Below are positions 16,805 through 24,744 of a DNA stretch of 64,000 nucleotides, one piece after another. Under the pieces are notes generated by a model. It had not been told where the DNA came from. It ran no database searches and worked only from the letters and a program-made list of their open reading frames with translations. The DNA is taken from positions 1 through 64,000 of the IMG/VR virus record IMGVR_UViG_3300024239_000015; one strand, written 5' to 3'. Position numbers and translations under genes: made by a program. Position 1 is the first letter of the stretch. Every line of letters starts with the position of its first letter.

Positions 16805-19800
16805 CCATGTATGTTCGGAGAGTTCGCAAGGCTCTCCCGCGTCTCACGCTTCACAGCGTGGGTACGCAGCTGTAGGCTTTCCCTACAGTGCAGACTATAC
16901 CATCTACTCTCCTTTATAGAAGAGCAGCACCACATTTCGAAGTACCTTGAGTTTTCACTCTAGCTTGTACCCCTACTCCCCGCTACGGGACAGTCGTTGA
17001 ACACACTCCGTAATCTGTGTAAACAAACCCTTAGGAGCTTCGCTGCTGATTGACCATTTTACCTTTCGGTTTCTTTTTCATCCCCTTAGCGCCGTTTCCG
17101 GTTTCTTTTCAGCATAGGGCATCTCTACGATTGTTTCTGGGTTTCCCCACCTGACGTTCAGAAGACTCGCGCCGTCCTAGTGATCTCCGTGTACCGCACT
17201 TGCTGCCAAGTACTGTAGTTTACTGTTTCCAGCACGGTGTTGGTTGCAGAGCTTTAGGCTTTTCCAGCGTTTAGTGGTGTACGCATCCACCCTCGCGGAT
17301 AGATGGGACTTTAACATACTAACTAACGTTAACGTATTCGATTTGATATATTGACCATCTACCCCCGTTGATGGACATTCCCCTTTGTACCGTATTTCTT
17401 CGAGCTCCCACTTCCGCACAAAAGTCCAGAGTCGACGCGTAGTGCTTAACTTCGCCGGTCAACTTATTGGTTACTTTTATCGGAAAGGCCGGACGTCGCG
17501 AGTTAGGTGACATTTTCTTAGGCTTTCTCTTAACGACAGTTCCCACAGAACCTTCCTTCTCGTCAAGATGTTTTGCTAGGAATAAACCCCTGACTCTAGT
17601 CCCCCTATTTATCGACTGCCATATCGAACTCGTAGACACATTGAAGTATCTGGCAGCTTCCCCGTAGCTCTCGAAGATATAAACTTCTTTTCCATCCTTA
17701 GAAGTCAATACAACTTCGCGCGGGGCACCATTTGGTTTCTCGCCGACATTACTGGAATCGATTTGTTTCCAACTCGAGTCCGCGTAACGCACGTTGTATT
17801 TTTTCAAGAACGGAGTTTGCTGTGTGGAGTTCAGATAAACGTGTAACCTACTCTGGGACGCTTTCAGCCACGCGGCTGCTTTGTTTAAACCCAAGAACGA
17901 ATTAACTTCCTGCGTGGTTAAGTCTAAGACCTCTACAGGACGATTATCTTTCTTCAGCCCTAACTCGTAAGCGTGCCATAAGTTTCTTTTCCTATCGACC
18001 CATTCTAGGTTACTGGCTCTGTTGTTAAATTTATCGCCATCGATGTGATTCGTGACGTAGTGGTCGTGTTCTTTGTGATGGAACGTTTCGGCGACAAGAC
18101 GATGGTGTGTCATCGTGCCTTTACCGCGTATGTTCATCACGTTATACCCGAAATGTGAGTTGAAGTACGCTAAGGGACAATAATCTAACAAAACATCAAT
18201 TACTATCCCTTCTTCGGAAATCACAATCCGAGGAATCTGGGGGTGGTGGTAATACTTAGGGTATCTTTTCGATTCTATCAAACCTTCGCGCATCTTTCAT
18301 TTCCTTCTCATGCTAGTCGCATAAGATAGATGCATGTTAAGTTAATTAATGTTATTTCATCGCAGTTCATGCCGGTTATACAGTGAGTGGATACACTGAC
18401 TGAGTTTATAGCCGGGTCTTTCTTTATCCTGCTGATAAAGAATTGCTGCATGGATAGTTCATGCAGTGTGGGCTTTGCTTTCACGTAGGGCGCGACACCT
18501 ACGCAGTTCTTAAAAGAACGTCCCCAGAATTACCTGGGATAAAAGACTATATCTTCATCCGTTATAAGTAGGGATAACGGAGCTCCTCGTTTCGCATAGT
18601 TTTAAACTACTTAGCGCTAGGCTAACCACCTGACCTTTCGATCGCTTGCGGGCTACTCTACTCCCTTCTCTTTCTTATTGCAAGAAAGCGGTTTCGATAG
18701 TCGTTGAACACATTCCGTAATGTATACTGCTGATACACCCTTAGGAACTTCGCTGCTGATAGACCCAGACTCTTTGTTTTCAAACCGTCACGTAGACCGT
18801 TTCCAGTTGCGTTGTGGTAAAGAGTTTTAGATAGATCGTCCCAGCAGTTAGAGGAGTTTGGCGTTACTGTTACCAGTAAAGGAAACCTAAGTCAATTTCG
18901 ATGGAAAATACACGGGATACCACGGATCTCTCGATGTTCGTGGGGTTGTGTACCGATGGGGTTATAAACACCAACGACGTAAGGGGAGTCGCTGATTAAC
19001 TCATCAAAGAGTGCATCCAGCTCTGGGTTGTAAGTGTGAGCGTTTTCAGACAGGAATTTCTCAATCTGATTCGGACCCCACCCACGTTTCAAAAGCTTAT
19101 TGGTGAGCTGTGCTTGCAATACAGCAATCGCAGTCGTCCACGGAATCTCCAGCTCTGAGTATAAGTGCCATCCTGTCAAGGAGTTCACGACGTTACGGAA
19201 GCTGTAGTTTGCACGTGTACCGAAGATGTGTTTACGGAACCATCCCTTCTTCCCACCTAGAATGTTCTTGTACAGGTTGTTGTAGTACGCACTGAGTTGT
19301 ACCACACACACCGTTGCACGACTCTCTGCTTTCTTTAACCGTACGTTCTGGTACGCTTCCCCTAAGTCGAGAATGGTGTAGGCTGCATCAATCGCGTCTA
19401 CCATTCCGAAGTCGGCGTAGGTACCCACCGCTGTTTTCTCTGTAATAAACGCAATCTTGTTTGGGATTGGTAGATATGGAGTAAACACCAAGTCACGGTT
19501 CTCACGCACCAGCTCCATGACGTTGTCTTTGCGATCGGGTGAGCCTGAGTACAATCGGTTATCCACGAGGATACTTAAGTACAGGTCAAAGTGATCAAAG
19601 AAGTTATTCAACCCCCGTTGAAACCCATACGCTTCCAGTTGTTCTCCAAACGCACTATGACCACTCGGGATACGGTAGTAGGGGTCACATAACCACCGCA
19701 TGATACTGATCCCGTTCTTCTTAAACAGTTGGTCTAAGATGTACCAGATTGTTGGGTTAATCAACGCTTTCACGCCCCGTGGTGCGCGTATCCATAACGT

Positions 19801-20097
19801 AGACTCGATTGGACGCTCGAGAATACTCATGGGAACGGTACCACACAGCTCACAGCGCAGTTTAATGCTTGCTGCATACTGCCCTGTGGTATGCCCACAC
19901 CCACACGACGGGAGGACGCTGACTTGGTCTCCATCGTACTCTGTCCGTATTAAATTGGACAGAAATTGTTTTGCTTGCACGGTACGTGCGTCGATGTCAT
20001 TGATACACACCGGTGGCACGGACTGTGCGCCGTACATTTCCACGTAATCGACGAGTTCTAGATAGACGCCATCGTCGTTTTCGTTTGTTTCTACCAC
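16541..20097 (-). CDS. Non-virion RNA polymerase beta'-like subunit, N-terminal part (phiKZ gp55-like), three exons: 20097-18895, 18472-18359, 16804-16541; 526 aa when spliced
   Basis: Zn finger C.CG..C..C; KKGWFRKHIFGTR; spliced junctions read IFHRN|PTLH and GMNCD|FDGDALN, restoring the NADFDGD-type active-site motif. Confidence 0.92.
16805..18358 (-). mobile_element. Group I intron 2 of beta'-N, carrying an HNH endonuclease in the P1 loop
   Basis: 5' site GAT| (U) pairs with IGS GTCCCA; P4 GCTG/CAGC; P3 CACCAC/GTGGTG; R GTTCAACGAC (16993-17002); S GTATAGTC (16893-16900); ends in G. Confidence 0.9.
17319..18293 (-). CDS. Intron-encoded HNH homing endonuclease with NUMOD1-type DNA-binding repeats (I-HmuI-like)
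   Basis: HRLVAETF..VTNHIDGDKFNNRASNLEWV; C-terminal repeats such as FESYGEAARYFNVSTSSI; AAGGA RBS. Confidence 0.92.
   Translation of the reverse strand: MREGLIESKRYPKYYHHPQIPRIVISEEGIVIDVLLDYCPLAYFNSHFGYNVMNIRGKGTMTHHRLVAETFHHKEHDHYVTNHIDGDKFNNRASNLEWVDRKRNLWHAYELGLKKDNRPVEVLDLTTQEVNSFLGLNKAAAWLKASQSRLHVYLNSTQQTPFLKKYNVRYADSSWKQIDSSNVGEKPNGAPREVVLTSKDGKEVYIFESYGEAARYFNVSTSSIWQSINRGTRVRGLFLAKHLDEKEGSVGTVVKRKPKKMSPNSRRPAFPIKVTNKLTGEVKHYASTLDFCAEVGARRNTVQRGMSINGGRWSIYQIEYVNVS
18359..18472 (-). CDS. beta'-N exon 2 (114 nt, 38 aa, not in the ORF track)
   Basis: Translates PTLHELSMQQFFISRIKKDPAINSVSVSTHCITGMNCD, matching the beta' segment (R.)PTLH...N.D. Confidence 0.9.
18473..18894 (-). mobile_element. 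Group I intron 1 of beta'-N (422 nt, no ORF)
   Basis: 5' site GAAAT| pairs with GTTTC including the U-G wobble; R GTTCAACGAC (18700-18709); S AAGATATAGTC (18545-18555); ends AAAG before CCC ACA CTG. Confidence 0.9.
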
Positions 20098-20157
20098 AGT
20101 GACTCCCTGAGTGAATTGAAACGAATTTTAAAGAAAAGAAAAGGAAAAGCGGCAAAG

Positions 20158-20186
20158 AAAACAGGGAGCGGAGTGCTCCCTGTTTC
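20158..20186 (-). terminator. Terminator after chmA
   Basis: aaacagggagc-ggagt-gctccctgttt, with a T-rich tract downstream on the minus strand. Confidence 0.75.
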
Positions 20187-20206
20187 TTCGTCACGAGGAG
20201 TAAAGC

Positions 20207-22003
20207 TTACCAGCGAGACTGGAAGCTTTGACCGTTGTTAAACGTCGGTGCGTTGTAGCCAGTGCTGAATGCATTTGCAGACAGACCGCCAGACAACACG
20301 TCTACGTTTGCACGAGGTACGACGCGAGTTTCGTTTTGTGTGTACTCTGGAGTCAGAGCCGCACCTACTTCACCCAACGCAGTCACCAGGGCTAACAGAA
20401 CGCGATCGTTTAACATCACTTCAGTAGCGTAGTCAGTGATCACCACGTCACCTAAGTATTTCTTCTGCAGCTGACACAGTACAGTCAGACGTTCTTCGGT
20501 AGAGGCACGACGTGGATCGTAACACTCATCGAAACGGTAGACTTGGGTTAAGTCTTTGTCACCTTCCATAGCAGAGATTGCCATGTGGTCGAAGTCACGG
20601 ATGTCGGACTTCACAGAGTGGCCATTGGTGTAGTAACCTAACGGAACCCGTGTAGGGACGACTTTACCGATAGGACCAGAACCTAAGCGCTGGAACACTT
20701 CAGAGAACTTACCAGAGGTCAGGTTATCACACGCTTGTGTGAAACGCTTCACTGCCGTGTCAGAACCCGCACAGGCGTCACGTAACAGACTCAGTAACCA
20801 GGTGTCTTCACCTGTTTCTGGGATGTGTACTACGACCGCTACTTCTGGGTGAACGAATTCAGCGAAGAAGCGGTTTACGTCGAACGTAGGTTCGTTAGCA
20901 CCCACACGAGTACCTGCTGGCAGTAAACCTTCAGCGGCCATTTCAGCAGACAGCACGTCTAAGCTACGCTCAGCGCCATGGCGGTGGAACGTGTTGATGT
21001 ACTGACGGCTACGGATTGGTTCAGCAGCTAACGCTAATGCCAACACCATGTGCTCAGGCGTGGTCACACCGGCGTTCAGTGACAGATCGGTGACAACCAT
21101 ACGCGCTTGGAAGTGCTGAGTAGTAGCACGAGCTGGCTGGTATGGCGTTTCGATCATGCGTGGGCCTACGTAGACTAAGTCTAAGAAGGCAGACAGCTGA
21201 GCCATGTTACGAGATTGACCCGCTAACAAACCACCATTGGTGTTGGTGTTCACCAACGCAACAGAAGCAGTGATGTCACGACGTACGGGTAAACCACCTG
21301 CTGTTTTAGCAGGAGCTGACGCTAACTCTACACGGCTACGTAATTGGAAGCCTGCTTGGTTTGCACCTTTCATAGAAACGATGTACTGACCTGCTTCCTG
21401 TAACGCTGCTTTTAAGTTGTACTGTAAAGCAGACATTGCACGGACTAACACGTCGCGTACGGCTTTGGCATCGCCTGGAGCAGTTTCACGGGGTACTACA
21501 CTGAAGCCTACGAATGACGCCGTTGGCGGTAAACCTGCTAACGCTTTAGACACCAGTGGTTGGAACTGAGGATCACGTGTTAAGTCACCTACGGTTTGTG
21601 GGTACAGTAACTCACGTTGACCTAAGTTGATGCTGTCGTTGCGTTTGGCTAACATCGGCAGTTCTTCTGCAGTACCTGCTAATAACATCAGGTACACCGC
21701 AACTTGCTTTTTGTACTCACCCACGATCGCTACAGCTGACACTGGGATCAGAGTCGTTTGTTGATCCAGTTCCAGCATGGTGAACTTGAAGTTGTCACGG
21801 TTGGCAGAGTCTACCATTGGCTTCAGAGTTTCTAAGTAGCCAGACAGCACTTGACTGTGTGGGCTTAACGGCATCACACCGCTGGTTTGTGCTGCAAACA
21901 TAGCAGCTAAGTTTTGAGCGACTGGTTGTTCACCAGTGAACGTTTGTTGTTGTTCTGCTTGTGCCTGAGTCGACTTCTGGCTGGCAGTGTTCAGTTCTTT
22001 CAT
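20207..22003 (-). CDS. chmA: Chimallin, major nuclear shell protein (phiKZ gp54-like)
   Basis: 598 aa directly upstream of beta'-N; Q-rich flexible N-terminus; RVPLGYY..DIRDFDHMAI-type motifs; strong high-expression codon bias. Confidence 0.82.
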   Translation of the reverse strand: MKELNTASQKSTQAQAEQQQTFTGEQPVAQNLAAMFAAQTSGVMPLSPHSQVLSGYLETLKPMVDSANRDNFKFTMLELDQQTTLIPVSAVAIVGEYKKQVAVYLMLLAGTAEELPMLAKRNDSINLGQRELLYPQTVGDLTRDPQFQPLVSKALAGLPPTASFVGFSVVPRETAPGDAKAVRDVLVRAMSALQYNLKAALQEAGQYIVSMKGANQAGFQLRSRVELASAPAKTAGGLPVRRDITASVALVNTNTNGGLLAGQSRNMAQLSAFLDLVYVGPRMIETPYQPARATTQHFQARMVVTDLSLNAGVTTPEHMVLALALAAEPIRSRQYINTFHRHGAERSLDVLSAEMAAEGLLPAGTRVGANEPTFDVNRFFAEFVHPEVAVVVHIPETGEDTWLLSLLRDACAGSDTAVKRFTQACDNLTSGKFSEVFQRLGSGPIGKVVPTRVPLGYYTNGHSVKSDIRDFDHMAISAMEGDKDLTQVYRFDECYDPRRASTEERLTVLCQLQKKYLGDVVITDYATEVMLNDRVLLALVTALGEVGAALTPEYTQNETRVVPRANVDVLSGGLSANAFSTGYNAPTFNNGQSFQSRW

Positions 22004-22074
22004 GTATTTCTTCCTTTTGTTTTACGTACATTTCGATTGCAATCGAGCTAGGTTTTATCCTAGTGCTCAACTCT

Positions 22075-22087
22075 ATAATCTATATCT
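22075..22087 (-). promoter_or_regulatory. Putative early promoter motif upstream of chmA
   Basis: ctcaactctataatctatatctgtaaa is nearly identical to 53097-53123. Confidence 0.6.
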
Positions 22088-22221
22088 GTAAATTTTTCGA
22101 GTCGTCTACGGATATAGGAATTTGGGGGTTTAGCCGCATAGAGAGTGGCTGTGCAGGCACTTTTTACAAAGCCTGCTGTGTTTTCTACATAGTATAACTA
22201 CAGCAGTAAAAATAAACACTG

Positions 22222-23397
22222 ATGGTATGTGCGAAAACGTCTTCAAGACTCATGTTTACCAAGGAGCAGATTGTGCTGACTTTATTTTTGTCTCCGAGTG
22301 TAAAGGCTTACGGAGGCGTCCGTCTCGGACAGTATCCGTATATAGAAAGACGATTCAGTGAAAACTTTCGAACGGTAAGGGACCATTACCGGACGAGAAA
22401 CCTAGCGGTGAAGAACACACACTTCCTCGTGACTGCATTAGACTCTTTACCGATTGCAGATACAGGTTCACCACATCGCTTTGCAGACGTAGCTGCATCC
22501 TTAGCTCCCAACTTACTGAATCGGTTTGGAGTAGGAAGTGACCGTTACGTAGGAAAGTTTCAAGCCACCCAACGGTTCTTTGGAAGTAACGTCTACGAGT
22601 ACCTGTACTTAACACAAAGTTACTACGACGAGTTTACACTCAAACCGAGCGAGTGGATGTACTTACGTCCTATCCAAGTGCTGAGCCATCCTCGTACAGA
22701 TTTTGATTACTCTATCCTCGCAGGACAGATTACCACCGAAGAATCAGGGCACGCGTTTATTACCATTGACTTTGGTTTACTGGCATTCCAGTACCACTGT
22801 TGGCGTAAAGAACACTTGAGGAAAAACGGTGGAGTCTTTTTGGGGTCAGTACGACAGTTTCTAGTGCAATACCCATTAGCGAACTTAATCCCAAGTTACA
22901 ACAACATCGCATGGTACAACACGGTGTTTCGTAGTGCCATAGGGTACACGCCTGCGTTATCAGTCAATCGTCCGCCTCTCGCGATTCCTGACTCGTACAC
23001 CTACGTGAGGGAAACTGCAGCACAGTTTCACGCAAACTTAACGCGTACAGGACGAGCTTTGCAAGCAGAAGCGTTACTCCAGTGGATACCGAGTGTGGAC
23101 ATGTATGCAAGTAATGCAGCTGAGGACACCTACTGTTACCCTACAAGAGTGCACTCCACTCCCGCAGAAGTCGCGCGATGGTTTTGTCAACTCGATTGGT
23201 GTGAAACGGTTTTTGGAATTCTGTTTCAAAACGAAGCGATCAAGAACAACCGTGCGTTAGTGAACGAGTACTTAAAAGACTACCGTCGGTTAGTGAATAC
23301 AAAACTGTTACAGGACGTTGCGATGCCGTTAGATGCACGCGACTACTTAAACAGAAAGTTAGACACGATACTCGCGTACATAACGGAGGGAGCGTAG
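22222..23397 (+). CDS. Conserved jumbo-phage protein (phiKZ gp52-like position)
   Basis: 391-aa ORF divergent from chmA, as in phiKZ-like genomes. Confidence 0.6.
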   Translation: MVCAKTSSRLMFTKEQIVLTLFLSPSVKAYGGVRLGQYPYIERRFSENFRTVRDHYRTRNLAVKNTHFLVTALDSLPIADTGSPHRFADVAASLAPNLLNRFGVGSDRYVGKFQATQRFFGSNVYEYLYLTQSYYDEFTLKPSEWMYLRPIQVLSHPRTDFDYSILAGQITTEESGHAFITIDFGLLAFQYHCWRKEHLRKNGGVFLGSVRQFLVQYPLANLIPSYNNIAWYNTVFRSAIGYTPALSVNRPPLAIPDSYTYVRETAAQFHANLTRTGRALQAEALLQWIPSVDMYASNAAEDTYCYPTRVHSTPAEVARWFCQLDWCETVFGILFQNEAIKNNRALVNEYLKDYRRLVNTKLLQDVAMPLDARDYLNRKLDTILAYITEGA

Positions 23398-23459
23398 TGC
23401 TCCCTCCTTATGCTTGTCATTTTATGGACTGTTTAGAATTTAACCAAAAGGGTGTGTGT

Positions 23460-24692
23460 ATGTCAAAAAAATTAAACCGATTTTTAGCGCTGGAAAGTGC
23501 TGAGGTCGTAGAACAACGTTTGGTCGGTTCGGAAGAGCCTACGGTCGATGTAGAGACTGCAGCCGCAGAATTAGGTGAAGTAGAAGAAGCATTAGACGAA
23601 TCGTTAGACGTCCATGACGAACTGTCGGCTTTAGCAAACCAAGTACAGACTGACGCAGACAACGGTAAACTGTCTCAGGAAGCGTTAAGCTACGCGAACG
23701 CGTTGGCGCGTGTACATCTGAACCGCGTAGGTTTAGGCGGATTGCGCACCGGTATGGAGAGCACTTACTCTCCAGAGTCGATCGGTAAACGCGTGAAAGA
23801 CGTGTGGGAGATGGTGAAGAAGTTCTTCGCAGAGATGCTCAAGAAGTTGAAAGCTTTCTTCAGTAGTTCTAGCAAAAAGTCGGAAGAACTAAAAGAAGAG
23901 ATAAAGCAACAAAAAGTAAAACTTCAGGAACTAGATAAAGAGATCAAAGCCGCAAAAAGCGACAAGGCTGAATCCAAACAGATCCCTGTAAAGTTTACAA
24001 CAAAGAGCCGTGAGGTTCTCTTTCTGGTCGACTCTGATGGTAAACTACCTGATTTAAACAAAGCCATGTTGAGTTTAGATGAAGCTCTCGGTATCGTCAT
24101 GGATTCCTACTCGGAACGCTTAGACCAGTTCACGCGAGTGAGTAAAGACATCCAAGCGGCGACACAAGGAACGGCTGTTCCAGAATACACCAGCGCCGAT
24201 TTCAAGTTATCCTTAAAAGGTATGACCGTAGTGAAAGATGCTGTGAGTGGATACCCCACTCACAGATTAGATTTGGAGTACGGTAATGTAGCTTTGGGGT
24301 GTTATGAACCACTCGGTGATATCAGACCTTCGAACTTCGTAGAGAGGAGTCAATTCGCTCTGCTTCACGCGGAATCGGGCCTGGCGCACCAAGAGTGTAC
24401 TGTACCAATCCCCTCCATTTCTGAACTCGACTCCCTCTTAAATTCCGCCGAAAGACTATTGGCTGTATCTGAAACACTCGACCAGGCTATGGTAGGCTTC
24501 GCGCGAACTCTGGAGAATAAAGAATTTCCAGATGAAGTATGGGATGCCGCAGAAGATGCTGTTATGTTAGCGACTAAACTATCCAGTTCGGCTGCGTCCT
24601 ACGCTGTCTTTATACAAAAACAGAAAATCAGACTCTGTCGAGCGATTATCACTTACGTCGAGTTGGCTAAGGCTGAATTAGCTAAGTCGTAA
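23460..24692 (+). CDS. Probable internal head protein with prohead-protease-type propeptide
   Basis: Start MSKKLNRFLALES; acidic N-terminal region with A/S/G-x-E sites (ALE, SQE, GME), typical of phiKZ-type processed head proteins. Confidence 0.6.
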   Translation: MSKKLNRFLALESAEVVEQRLVGSEEPTVDVETAAAELGEVEEALDESLDVHDELSALANQVQTDADNGKLSQEALSYANALARVHLNRVGLGGLRTGMESTYSPESIGKRVKDVWEMVKKFFAEMLKKLKAFFSSSSKKSEELKEEIKQQKVKLQELDKEIKAAKSDKAESKQIPVKFTTKSREVLFLVDSDGKLPDLNKAMLSLDEALGIVMDSYSERLDQFTRVSKDIQAATQGTAVPEYTSADFKLSLKGMTVVKDAVSGYPTHRLDLEYGNVALGCYEPLGDIRPSNFVERSQFALLHAESGLAHQECTVPIPSISELDSLLNSAERLLAVSETLDQAMVGFARTLENKEFPDEVWDAAEDAVMLATKLSSSAASYAVFIQKQKIRLCRAIITYVELAKAELAKS

Positions 24693-24706
24693 GTAAACTC
24701 ACCAAA

Positions 24707-24739
24707 CATACGAGGGAGGCGTAAAGCCTCCCTCTATGC
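24707..24739. terminator. Convergent-junction hairpin flanked by CATA/TATGC
   Basis: cata-c-gagggaggc-gtaaa-gcctccctc-tatgc. Confidence 0.65.
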
Positions 24740-24744
24740 TGCTC

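Noticed and set aside
17264-17277. In-frame-looking PLNAG as the exon supplying the NA of NADFDGD
   Set aside because: It is the intron P3/P4 segment (AAACGCTGGAAA pairing with CAGC). The real exon ending NCD is at 18359-18472.
17177-17419. 80-aa minus-strand ORF overlapping the HNH end and the intron core
   Set aside because: It overlaps structured intron RNA and has no protein-like features.
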